From NCBI GenBank assembly GCA_964505355.1, contig CAZDHU010000035.1, forward strand, positions 2,002-66,001: a stretch of 64,000 nucleotides of DNA, given 5' to 3'. Source of the DNA: an uncultured Myxococcaceae bacterium. GTDB lineage: Bacteria > Myxococcota_A > UBA9160. The position numbers were made by a program, and so were the translations under genes. Each line of letters starts with the position of its first letter. Positions within the stretch are counted from its first letter, which is position 1. This document shows, piece by piece, positions 35,401 through 43,354 of this stretch. The notes beneath the pieces are model-generated. The model did not search any database. It saw only the letters and a program-made list of their open reading frames with translations, and had not been told where the DNA came from.

Positions 35401-35584
35401 GATCGCGAATGCCCGCGGCTTCGGATGCGTAGTACTCGATCCAGAGGATCTCGTAGCGATCGCGCGGCACGTTCTGCGCGGCGAGATAGTCGAGCGCGTG
35501 ATGACTCTCGCGCACGGACCAGTCCACGAGCACGATGCTTTGCTCGGGCGGTCGTCGCAGCGCCGTGCGGTGGAGGATCCTCAT
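32486..35584 (-). CDS. Large multi-domain glycosyltransferase (several GT-A/GT2-like modules), paralog of 37817..41026
   Basis: 1032 aa from ATG 35582-35584 (MRILHRT...). N-terminal ~330 aa are strongly similar to the N-terminus of the other large GT (VLVDWSVRESHHALDYL..., FCDSDA, HVANYGACM, IGGADEHLD). A second module carries ISIVMPTRGR and LLNDDV, and a third GT-like module sits at the C-terminus. Confidence 0.8.
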   Translation of the reverse strand: MRILHRTALRRPPEQSIVLVDWSVRESHHALDYLAAQNVPRDRYEILWIEYYASEAAGIRDRLARAAERNLPAPVDQWIVLEMPPAAYYHKHLLYDVGLVASRGRIVTFCDSDAIFGPGFVRAHVEAFGAEPAQVLHLDEIRSRSRAFYPFSHPTVDEVLASDCINLVDGRPAGIPGPGGEPLRDALHVANYGACMSARREDLIAIGGADEHLDHLGHVCGPYEMTFRLVNAGLAERWHEREWIFHTWHPGASGEQNFVGPHDGRHVSSSALRARETGRVLPRVENPAVRALREAALRPSLPGADDLLVLATAPEMATAWSAERLSIYSSEGRTLAASMRAYPALVLRAGLRVAQATTAYAALVARTSGLLQTPGLGEDRGSALAARVRSLSGKARKMVTRARLPLDLARDVAAAVREPLARARQRLEGLASEGLREIQLLGTADLVDAIRAFAPAHGIRIARTIDLRDGEAATLRLDREGPPVLLGLRFGLARVREMLIEQGFDRDRVLVLDPEWSREERLPRATQEVTGGAGQEIAISIVMPTRGRPSLARATLEALAKTAGDPRAIEVVLYVDEDDEPSHAIGCDALRIVRLVGERAPMGAITERCVASSSGRIVLLLNDDVHVARSGWDARIVEAFARFDDGIALVWGDDLHQRDANPTFPALSRAAVDVLGCVTAPQYVHFHIESHLYDVFARLARAGHERRVFLPDVVFEHHFAAGGAGAAGTGRKRHAQRDRVTYGLLAGERARAAERLQRTIERGHEDGGGTGAVPVDVARRSGGVDASHGSAAPFELEPIGTPQPAPRLTVLLLADERARAPFGAGAKIPAPRDLAEAGLAPGTPTEVCLVRWYSGSPGVALQSAAGRARGDILLCLPLGAGTAPGFAAKIANAFAADPRRAAVSGLVVEQRCGRLRRASACLARESGRSVIHESGRGIDPARFVPPSEGATTNAGSGIFGLAVRRSAFDSVGGLAQDLSSELLLGLDLCRRLSAAGHEFALEPDLRWRLPPDSTPLETSEIDRLARAWDGLA

Positions 35585-35633
35585 CGGCGGGCACGATCCC
35601 TCGATCGGCGGCGCGGCCGGGCCGCGCCCGGCG

Positions 35634-36677
35634 TCAAAACGGTCCCTTGAACCGGTTCTCGTAGGTGTAGAAGTCGACCCCGTCGAGATCCATCGGCGGC
35701 GCACCGAGCTGCGATTCGACCGCGCGGATGATCTGTCCGGCATTCGGGTAGTACGAGTTTTCGAGTTCACGAGACGTCGGGCAGGGAACGAACGCCCAGC
35801 CGATCCGCTGCACCGGCGCGGCGAGCTCGCCGAAGCAGCGTTCGCCGATCAGCGCCGACAGCTCGGCACCGAACCCGCAGAACGACCAGTCGTTGTCGGC
35901 GACGACGCAGCGCCGCGTGCGGCGAACGGAGGCGAGGATCGCGTCCTCGTCGAGCGGCGTCACGCTCCGCGGATCGATCACTTCGATCTCGACGCCACGG
36001 CCGGACAACAGCTCGGCCGCGCGCAACGCTTCGACGGCCATCCACGAGGTGGCGATCACGGTCGCGTCGCGACCCTCGCGCAGCGTTCGCGCCTTGCCGA
36101 GCGGCAGCACGCCTTCGCCGCGCGGCACCGGCCCCTTCGTGTCGTAGAGCCAGCGATGTTCGAGCACGATCACCGGGCCGTCGTCGCGGATGGCGGCGGC
36201 AAGCAGGCCCTTCGCGTCGGCTGGCGTGGTCGGCATCACGACCTTCACGCCCGGCAGGTGCGCGAAAATCGATTGCAGTGATTTCGAATGCTGCGCCGAT
36301 TGTCCCCAGCCGCGGCCGACCACCGCACGAATCACCAGCGGAACGGTGAGGTCGCCTCCGCTCATGTACTGCGCGGTCGTGATCATGTTCGCGATCTGGT
36401 TCATCGCGAGCAGCAGAAAATCGACCCGGATGTGCACGTGGATCGGGCGCAGGCCGCTGATCGCCGCGCCGAGCGCCATGCCCGTCATCGCGTCTTCCGA
36501 AATCGGCGTTCCGAAACAGCGCTCGGCGCCGAACTTTTCGACCAGCCCGACGGTGCTGCCGTAGATGCGCTTGTGATCGTCGACGTCGAGCCCGAAGACG
36601 AACACGCGATCGTCGCGCTCCATCTCCTGCACCAGCGCCTCGTTCAGTGCCTCCCGATAGCTGAGCATGCGGTCCAT
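35634..36677 (-). CDS. ThDP-dependent 2-oxoacid dehydrogenase E1 component, beta subunit (transketolase-like Pyr/C domains)
   Basis: 347 aa from ATG 36675-36677, a 1-nt overlap with the alpha-subunit stop. FGLDV, RCFGTPISEDAMTGMALGAA, and a transketolase C-terminal-like region. Confidence 0.85.
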   Translation of the reverse strand: MDRMLSYREALNEALVQEMERDDRVFVFGLDVDDHKRIYGSTVGLVEKFGAERCFGTPISEDAMTGMALGAAISGLRPIHVHIRVDFLLLAMNQIANMITTAQYMSGGDLTVPLVIRAVVGRGWGQSAQHSKSLQSIFAHLPGVKVVMPTTPADAKGLLAAAIRDDGPVIVLEHRWLYDTKGPVPRGEGVLPLGKARTLREGRDATVIATSWMAVEALRAAELLSGRGVEIEVIDPRSVTPLDEDAILASVRRTRRCVVADNDWSFCGFGAELSALIGERCFGELAAPVQRIGWAFVPCPTSRELENSYYPNAGQIIRAVESQLGAPPMDLDGVDFYTYENRFKGPF

Positions 36678-37642
36678 CAGGCGTCCTCGTAGAGTGCTTC
36701 GGTCCGCGGAATGGGTGCGGAGCGGGCCGCGACGACCGCGGCGTCGAGCCGTGCGTCGAGTGCGCGTTCCATTTCTTCGAGCACGCGCTCGGCGACACCC
36801 GACTTCAGCAATCGCTCGCGTGCCGTGCGGACGGGATCGCGCGACCACCAGTCCTCGAACTCTTCGGCCCGGCGATGACCGAGATGGAAATCGCGGTCTT
36901 CCCGAATTCCGACGTGCTCGACGTATCGATAACACTCGAGGTGGAGAAAGACGGGGCGCCCGTCTTCGCGATGGCGCGCGATCGCCTCGTGCGTGACGCG
37001 GGAGATCTCCGCGGGATCGGTCGAATCGCTGTGCGCGACGTGGCAATCGTACTGGCGCACGACGTCGGTGATGGCCCCGTACCCCTGTCGCCGCTCGCCG
37101 CGAGCGTGGATCGCGAGGCCGTTGTCCTCACAGACGAAGACGACGCCCAGCCGGTGAAGACAGGCGAAGTTGAGGCTTTCCCAGAAGACGCCTTCGTTGG
37201 TCGCGCCGTCGCCGAAGAAGGCCACCGCGAGCCGGCCGTTTCGCTTCACGCGATTGGCCCACGCGATGCCGAGCGCGACCGGAATCGTCGTTCCCACCAC
37301 GGCCGAGGTCATCGCGACGCCGCCCGACGGCTTTGCGAGATGCATCGACCCCGCCTTGCCCTTGCCCGGGCCGGTCGTGCGTCCATAGAGCTCGGCGAAC
37401 ATGCCTTCGATGTCTTCGCTGCGCGCGAGGTAGATGCCGTGGCTGCGGTAGGTGCCCACCACGCCGTCGCCGGCATGCAGCGCGTCGCAGACGCCCGCCG
37501 CCACGGCCTCTTGCCCGATGTAGAGATGAACGGGGCTCTTCATCTCGTCTTCCGGATAGTGCTGCTGGATCTTCTCTTCCGATCGGCGGATCAGAAGCAT
37601 CGTTCGATAGAGCTCGAGGTCGTGATTCGAATCCCGTTCCAT
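36677..37642 (-). CDS. ThDP-dependent 2-oxoacid dehydrogenase E1 component, alpha subunit
   Basis: 321 aa, ATG 37640-37642. ThDP-binding motif FFGDGATNEGVFWESLNFA, and YRSHG. Confidence 0.9.
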   Translation of the reverse strand: MERDSNHDLELYRTMLLIRRSEEKIQQHYPEDEMKSPVHLYIGQEAVAAGVCDALHAGDGVVGTYRSHGIYLARSEDIEGMFAELYGRTTGPGKGKAGSMHLAKPSGGVAMTSAVVGTTIPVALGIAWANRVKRNGRLAVAFFGDGATNEGVFWESLNFACLHRLGVVFVCEDNGLAIHARGERRQGYGAITDVVRQYDCHVAHSDSTDPAEISRVTHEAIARHREDGRPVFLHLECYRYVEHVGIREDRDFHLGHRRAEEFEDWWSRDPVRTARERLLKSGVAERVLEEMERALDARLDAAVVAARSAPIPRTEALYEDA

Positions 37643-37816
37643 GCGTCCTCGTCGCGTAGCGACGCGCAGGGCGCGCGGCCACGCTGAACTGTTCCGGCGC
37701 GACCGACCGGATGGCGTTCGCGGCTCACCGCGCTCTCGGTTCGCGCTGCGGGGGTGGCGGCACGCTACGCCAGCGGTCTCACGGCTGCCACGCGCGCACC
37801 GCGCGCCGCGAACGAG

Positions 37817-40800
37817 TCAGCGCAGATCCGGCGGCGGCGACCATTCGGCGAGCGGAACGTCGACGTTCTCGAGCCGCCCGGTCGGCGCCAGCTTCGCCGC
37901 CACCTCGCGCCAGCCGGCGTGTTCGAGCGAGGACAACCAGGCGATGAGCAGGGTCTGGCGTCGAGAGGCGCGCGCCTCGGCCTCGCTGCCCGCATCCGGC
38001 GACATGAGGATGACCTCCGTGTCGCCGACGTGCACCCGGTCGGCCCGTTCCACGTCGAGACGCGCCTCGAGTCGGGCCACCGGCCCGACTCGATCGCCGA
38101 ACGGAAACGCGGTCGCGATGCGATTCGACGTGGCGTCTCCGAGCAGTCGTGGATCCTCGATCAGCCAGCGCACTTCGGGCAAGAGCACGATGCGCTGCTT
38201 GCTCGCCAGCAGTTGCAGACAAAGTGCGGCGCCGAGGCGGGTCGCGTCTCCCTGCCCATCCTGCATGCCACCGGCCTCGACGAACCGAATGCGATCGACA
38301 CAGAGCCCGAACAGGGGCATCAGCGTTCCGTCCTGGCGTTCGGTCAGGCGAGGATCGTCCGCGGCCACGCCGCGATACAGCGGCACTACGCGAATGCGCT
38401 CGTCTTCTGCGTGCAGCGCGAGGCCCGCCGCCACCACGCGGCCACTGCGCCGCTCGAGCACCGGCCCCGACACGGCAGCCACGTCGGGTTCTCGCGCAAG
38501 GAACCGCCCGAGTCGCGCGATCGCACCCGGCTCGGGCTCGAGTTCGCGATCGAGAAAGACGAGGTGACGCCCGGTCGCTTCGCGCGCGGCGAGGTTGCAG
38601 ACATCGGCGAGCGACATGCCGTCGATCAAGGGCGCGAGAAGCCACTCGGCATCGACCCCCTGTTCGCGGCCCATCAGGGCCTCCAGTCGGACGACGTCGA
38701 GTTCGGGTGCCCCTGCCAGCATCACGATCGAAAGTCGAGGAACGCCGCCGGCGAGACCGCGCGGAGTCTCGCCGATTCTCATCATGTGTACGGCAGGCGC
38801 CTCGTTCCGCCGCGGATCATCGCTCGATGTTTCGACGGTCGCGAGCGCATGGGCCGCATACTCGCGATCCTCGCTTTGCAGCAGCCAGGCCATTCGATCG
38901 ACGGCCGGATCGATCGTTTCCGCCCGACGACGGAGTCCCACCTCCGGTTGATCGATGATCCGCACCGGACGCAGGGCCGCGGCGCGCTGAAACACGTCGT
39001 GGACGTGACGACCGAGTTGAACGGTTTGATAGACCTCGGGGAAGAGACCGGGAACCGCAGACGCCAGCTTCCGCGAGAACGCGAGCAGACTGGCGATCTC
39101 GCGGTTGTGGACGTCGATCCCGATTCTCAACAACGCGGGATGCTCGCGCTGATTGTCGAGGGTCCACCAGATCGAGGCATCCCAGCCGCGCGTGGCGAAG
39201 TGCACGGGTTCGAACAGAACGACGAGGATCCGGCCCCGCGCGAACATCGCGCCTTCGGCGACCCGGGCTCCGAGCGTGGCGCCCGACAGCCTGGTGAGCG
39301 ATCGAACGCGCAGGCGTTTCGCCGCGCCGACGAGTTGTTCGGGCTGGATGTCGGCGCAGACCAGCACCTCGATCGTGGAGGGATCGCGTGCGGTTTCAGC
39401 GAGGTGTTGCAGCCAGGCGCGGGTCTCGTCGGACGAAACCAGCGGCGAGAGGATCAGCGTCAGGTCCGGCACCGCCCCGGGCGCCGCAATCCGGAGCGGC
39501 TCGGTCGGAGCCAGTTCGATCGGGCCGTCCACGCAAAAGACGCGGCGCGGGCGAATGCCAGCGCGCGCGATCCACTGGGCCCAGTGCGCGCCGCCATAAA
39601 GAGAACCGACGAGCACGTCGAGCGGCTCGTCGCGCGCCTCGTTTCGGCGCCCCCCCGTCTCCACGCTCAGAATGCGGGGTTCGATGCCGACGCGCCGGCA
39701 GGCGTCGGCGAGGATCTCCACCATCTCCGACACACCGACGATCGCGACCTCTCGCACACCCTCACCGGCGAGCTGACGAACGCGCCGATCCCACGTCGTT
39801 ACGCGCCCGTCCACTTCGCGGTAGAGCGCACGGATCGCTCGCACGGCTCGCTTCGCGAATCGCACCGCACGGCGCGCGAGCTCGTCGACGCCGGTGACCG
39901 TGCGCGCGAGCTGGCGGACGTCGGCCGGTCGCCGTGCCGCGAGACGCAGCTTCGCGATTTCCACCACGGCATGAAGTGTGAGCAGGAGACGCGGACGCTG
40001 CGGCGTGAGCGGCGCTTCGACTCCGGCGCCGGCCGGAGCAACGGCGCCGGCGAGCTGCGCGTCGATCCGCTCGAGCTTCCATCCCTCGAGTTCGCCGCCA
40101 GCGATCGCCTGCGCGAGCGGAGGCGCCCAGACGAGGCCGCCGGCCTTCGCTTCTCGCAACGCCCGAATGCCCGGGTTCTCGACCAGTGGCATCACGCGCC
40201 CGGTGGCGAGCGTATCGAGCGCGGTCGTCGACATGTGGCGCCCGTCGTGGGGACCGAGATAGTTGCCGTCCCCTGCCTGCCCCGGGTGCCAGACGTGATA
40301 GAGCCACTCGCTCCCGTGCCAGATTTCACGGCGCCCGAGATTGCGCAGACGGAACGTCATGTCGTACGGGCCGCAAATGTGGCCGAGATAGTCGAGGTGC
40401 TCGTCGGCGCCGCCGATGGTGATCAGATCTTCACGCAACGCGGCCATGCAGGCGCCGTAGTTCGCCACGTGGAGCAAATCCTCGACGGTGCCGCCGGGAG
40501 CGGGGATGCCCGCCGGGCGACCGTCGACGAAATTGATGCACCCCTCGCGTTCGATCTCGGTGATCGACGGGTAGTTGAACGGATAGAAGTCGCGCCGGTT
40601 GTTCCGGATCTCGTCGAGATGAAGAACGATGTCGGGGTCGTCCTGAAACGAACGGATGATCGACTCGATGAAAGTCGAGCGAAAGACCGCGTCGGAATCG
40701 CAAAACACGACGATGCGCCCCGCCGCGGCGAGGAGACCGACGTTGTAGGCGAGGTGCTTGTGATAGTAGATCGACGATGGCATGCCGAGCGTCAGCCAGG

Positions 40801-41026
40801 CGTCGACCGCCGGCGGGCGGTCGCGCTCGATCGAATCGCGCAGGCGCCGCTCGACCCCCTCTGCGCGACGCTCGCCGTACTCGACCCAGATCAGTTCATA
40901 GCGCTCGCGCGCGACGGTCTGCTGGTTCAGATAGTCGAGCGAATGGAAGCTCTCCCGAACCGACCAGTCGAGCAGCACGACGCTCACGTCGGGCCGCTGC
41001 GGTACGTGGCGGAATACGATTTCCAT
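37817..41026 (-). CDS. Large multi-domain glycosyltransferase, paralog of 32486..35584
   Basis: 1069 aa from ATG 41024-41026 (AAGGA SD). The N-terminal module MEIVFRHVPQRPDVSVVLLDWSVRESFHSLDYL... parallels the other large GT. Later modules carry LSIVMLAG-type GT-A starts. Confidence 0.8.
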   Translation of the reverse strand: MEIVFRHVPQRPDVSVVLLDWSVRESFHSLDYLNQQTVARERYELIWVEYGERRAEGVERRLRDSIERDRPPAVDAWLTLGMPSSIYYHKHLAYNVGLLAAAGRIVVFCDSDAVFRSTFIESIIRSFQDDPDIVLHLDEIRNNRRDFYPFNYPSITEIEREGCINFVDGRPAGIPAPGGTVEDLLHVANYGACMAALREDLITIGGADEHLDYLGHICGPYDMTFRLRNLGRREIWHGSEWLYHVWHPGQAGDGNYLGPHDGRHMSTTALDTLATGRVMPLVENPGIRALREAKAGGLVWAPPLAQAIAGGELEGWKLERIDAQLAGAVAPAGAGVEAPLTPQRPRLLLTLHAVVEIAKLRLAARRPADVRQLARTVTGVDELARRAVRFAKRAVRAIRALYREVDGRVTTWDRRVRQLAGEGVREVAIVGVSEMVEILADACRRVGIEPRILSVETGGRRNEARDEPLDVLVGSLYGGAHWAQWIARAGIRPRRVFCVDGPIELAPTEPLRIAAPGAVPDLTLILSPLVSSDETRAWLQHLAETARDPSTIEVLVCADIQPEQLVGAAKRLRVRSLTRLSGATLGARVAEGAMFARGRILVVLFEPVHFATRGWDASIWWTLDNQREHPALLRIGIDVHNREIASLLAFSRKLASAVPGLFPEVYQTVQLGRHVHDVFQRAAALRPVRIIDQPEVGLRRRAETIDPAVDRMAWLLQSEDREYAAHALATVETSSDDPRRNEAPAVHMMRIGETPRGLAGGVPRLSIVMLAGAPELDVVRLEALMGREQGVDAEWLLAPLIDGMSLADVCNLAAREATGRHLVFLDRELEPEPGAIARLGRFLAREPDVAAVSGPVLERRSGRVVAAGLALHAEDERIRVVPLYRGVAADDPRLTERQDGTLMPLFGLCVDRIRFVEAGGMQDGQGDATRLGAALCLQLLASKQRIVLLPEVRWLIEDPRLLGDATSNRIATAFPFGDRVGPVARLEARLDVERADRVHVGDTEVILMSPDAGSEAEARASRRQTLLIAWLSSLEHAGWREVAAKLAPTGRLENVDVPLAEWSPPPDLR

Positions 41027-41058
41027 GCGCTGTCCTTGCTCCCATTCTGGTGCGGCGC

Positions 41059-41805
41059 TCAGCCGCCGGACGCCTTCTCGTAGGCTTCGATGACTTCGCG
41101 CGCCGGTCCGAACCGGCGCACGCAGCCATGCTCGATCCAGGCCACCCGATCGCACATCCGCTCGACGTCGGCCATCGAGTGCGAGACGAACAGGATCGTG
41201 CACCCTCTCGCCTTGAAGCTCTTCATCACCGACAGGCAGCGGGTCTGAAACTGATAGTCACCGACCGCGAGTATCTCGTCGATCAGCAGCAGGTTGGGTT
41301 CGAGATTCGCGACCACCGCGAAGCCGAGCCGCGCGAGCATGCCGCTCGAGAAGGTTCTCACGGGCTGGTCGGCGAACTCTTCGAGCCCGGCGAACGCGAT
41401 GATCTCGTCGACGCGCGCGCGAAGAAACCGGCGTCGCATGCCGAGCAGCATGCCGTTCAGGATCACGTTCTCGCGGGCCGTGCACTCGGGATGGAAACCG
41501 GCACCGAGTTCGAGCAGCGGGAAGGGGCGCTCGCGGACGATCACCTCGCCGCCACTCGGCCGCATCACACCGGCCGCGAGCGCCAGCAGCGTGCTCTTGC
41601 CGGCGCCATTGCGACCGATCACGCCGACGGCTTCGCCCCGGCCGACGCTGAAGTCGACGTCGCGTAGCGCGACGAACCGGTCGGCGCGCAACTGCCGAAC
41701 GGCGCGCGGAAGGTTGAAGAGAAACCCCTTCAGCCCGCCCTGCAGGTGGTGATAGCGCGGGAAACTCTTCGCCACGTGACGGAACTCGACCACCCGCTCG
41801 CTCAT
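41059..41805 (-). CDS. wzt: Polysaccharide ABC exporter ATP-binding protein (Wzt/TagH/KpsT-type), no C-terminal carbohydrate-binding domain
   Basis: 248 aa from ATG 41803-41805 (ATGA overlap). Walker A GRNGAGKST, signature FSSGMLARL, Walker B LLLIDE. Confidence 0.9.
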   Translation of the reverse strand: MSERVVEFRHVAKSFPRYHHLQGGLKGFLFNLPRAVRQLRADRFVALRDVDFSVGRGEAVGVIGRNGAGKSTLLALAAGVMRPSGGEVIVRERPFPLLELGAGFHPECTARENVILNGMLLGMRRRFLRARVDEIIAFAGLEEFADQPVRTFSSGMLARLGFAVVANLEPNLLLIDEILAVGDYQFQTRCLSVMKSFKARGCTILFVSHSMADVERMCDRVAWIEHGCVRRFGPAREVIEAYEKASGG

Positions 41806-42587
41806 ACGACTTCCGCCAGCCGCCAGCGCAGGCGCACGTGCACCGCGGCTCCGATCGCGAGCATCACCGCGCTGGCGAGGAAGGCCCGCCCGATGTCCGG
41901 CCAGAGCACGACTCCGTCGAGCACGAGACCGTGCCAGGCCGAGATCACGGGTTCCATCGGGTTGAGACGAAACCAGGGCAGCAGATGCGCGGGAATGCGC
42001 TCGGCGGGATAGACGATCGGCGTGCAATAGAAAAGCAGCATGAGCACGATGCCGACCAGTCGCTCGACGTCGCGAAAGAACGGGTTGGCAGCGGCCACCA
42101 CGAGCGAAAGGCCGTAGTTGATGCCGAACTGCGAGAGAATGACGATCGGAACTCCCCAGCTCAACGAGGCGTGGATCGGCACTCCCTCCCAGAGGGCGAA
42201 TCCCAGCGTCACGGGCAACGCGACGACGAGGTGCACGAGATCGTGCAGTTGCGTCGAAAGCGGCAGCAGCGAGCGCGGGAACGCGATCTTCTTCACCAGC
42301 GAGGCATTGCCGATGTAGGCGTTCGCGCTCGTGCCCACCGAGTTCGTCAGCCACTGCCAGGGGAAGAGCCCGACCACCAGAAAGAGCGTGTAGTGCTCGA
42401 TCGCCGCCCTCAGAATCAGTCCGAACGCGAGATAGAACACACCGGCCGTGAGCAGCGGATTGAGGACCGACCAGACGTAGCCGAGGATGCTGTTGCGGTA
42501 CCGCACGCGCAGCTCTTTGCGCGTGAGTTCGGCCAGGATTTCGAAGTACGCGAGCCCGGCGCCCGGAGTTCCCGTCGCTGCGCTCAT
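41802..42587 (-). CDS. wzm: ABC-2 type polysaccharide exporter permease (Wzm/TagG/KpsM-type)
   Basis: 261 aa from ATG 42585-42587 (ATGA overlap). The N-terminal KELRVRYRNSILGYVWSVLNPLL motif is typical of the ABC-2 family. Six hydrophobic segments. Confidence 0.85.
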   Translation of the reverse strand: MSAATGTPGAGLAYFEILAELTRKELRVRYRNSILGYVWSVLNPLLTAGVFYLAFGLILRAAIEHYTLFLVVGLFPWQWLTNSVGTSANAYIGNASLVKKIAFPRSLLPLSTQLHDLVHLVVALPVTLGFALWEGVPIHASLSWGVPIVILSQFGINYGLSLVVAAANPFFRDVERLVGIVLMLLFYCTPIVYPAERIPAHLLPWFRLNPMEPVISAWHGLVLDGVVLWPDIGRAFLASAVMLAIGAAVHVRLRWRLAEVV

Positions 42588-43354
42588 GTCGGCTCCGCAG
42601 ACTCGTGGGTTGCCACGCCGTCGCCCGTCAGCGCGGCGAGCGCGGCACCGGCCCCGCGCCAGCGCTCCGGCGTGCCGATGTCGACGAACCCATCCGCCTG
42701 CGCGAATCCGTACAGCCCGCGGCCCACGAGGGCAGGAAAGACGTCGTGCTCGAGGGAGAACGCCGCCGGCCACGACGGCGAATCGAAGACTTCGCGTTCG
42801 ATCACGTACACGCCGACGTTCGTGAAGGCGCCCGCCCGTACCGATCCTTTCTCGTCGAAGGCCTCGATGCGCTCGTCGAGGCCGAGTCGCACCACGCCCC
42901 CTTCCGACGATCGTTCCGCCGGGGCCAGACCGACCGACACGCGCGCGCGCCGCGCGCGGTGAAACGCGAGCAACCGGCCGAGATCGATCGGACACAGCGA
43001 GTCACCGTTCAAGGCGAAGAAGCGATCGCCTCGCAGTAGCGGCAGCGCATGCCGCAGCGCTCCGCCGGTGCCGAGGGGCGCCGTCTCGCGCGAAATCACG
43101 ATCTCGCCGGAATGGCACAGCCCCGGCGCCGCGGCCATCAGCTCGTCCGCGCGATGGCCCGCGCAGAGCACGAACCGGCGCAGCCTGCTCGCGGCGAGAT
43201 GCGCGAGAAGAATCTCGAGGAACGGGCGTCCCCCGACGGGCGCCAGCGCTTTCGGCAAATCAGGCACCGCCGCCCGCAGGCGAGTACCGAGACCGCCACA
43301 GAGGATGGCGGCGTCGAGAACGCCGATCTCACTGGCGGCCGTCGCATCGGTCAT
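42584..43354 (-). CDS. Sugar-1-phosphate nucleotidyltransferase (HddC/ManC-like), second copy in the locus
   Basis: 256 aa. AAILCGGLGTRLR...PKALAPV G-rich loop. ATGA overlaps at both ends. Confidence 0.85.
   Translation of the reverse strand: MTDATAASEIGVLDAAILCGGLGTRLRAAVPDLPKALAPVGGRPFLEILLAHLAASRLRRFVLCAGHRADELMAAAPGLCHSGEIVISRETAPLGTGGALRHALPLLRGDRFFALNGDSLCPIDLGRLLAFHRARRARVSVGLAPAERSSEGGVVRLGLDERIEAFDEKGSVRAGAFTNVGVYVIEREVFDSPSWPAAFSLEHDVFPALVGRGLYGFAQADGFVDIGTPERWRGAGAALAALTGDGVATHESAEPT

Noticed and set aside
37754-41083. 1109-aa plus-strand ORF (and similarly 33221..35650, 809 aa) opposite the two giant glycosyltransferases
   Set aside because: The minus-strand frames give two mutually similar GT proteins with DxD-type motifs and coupled starts and stops. 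The plus-strand translations are low-complexity shadows.
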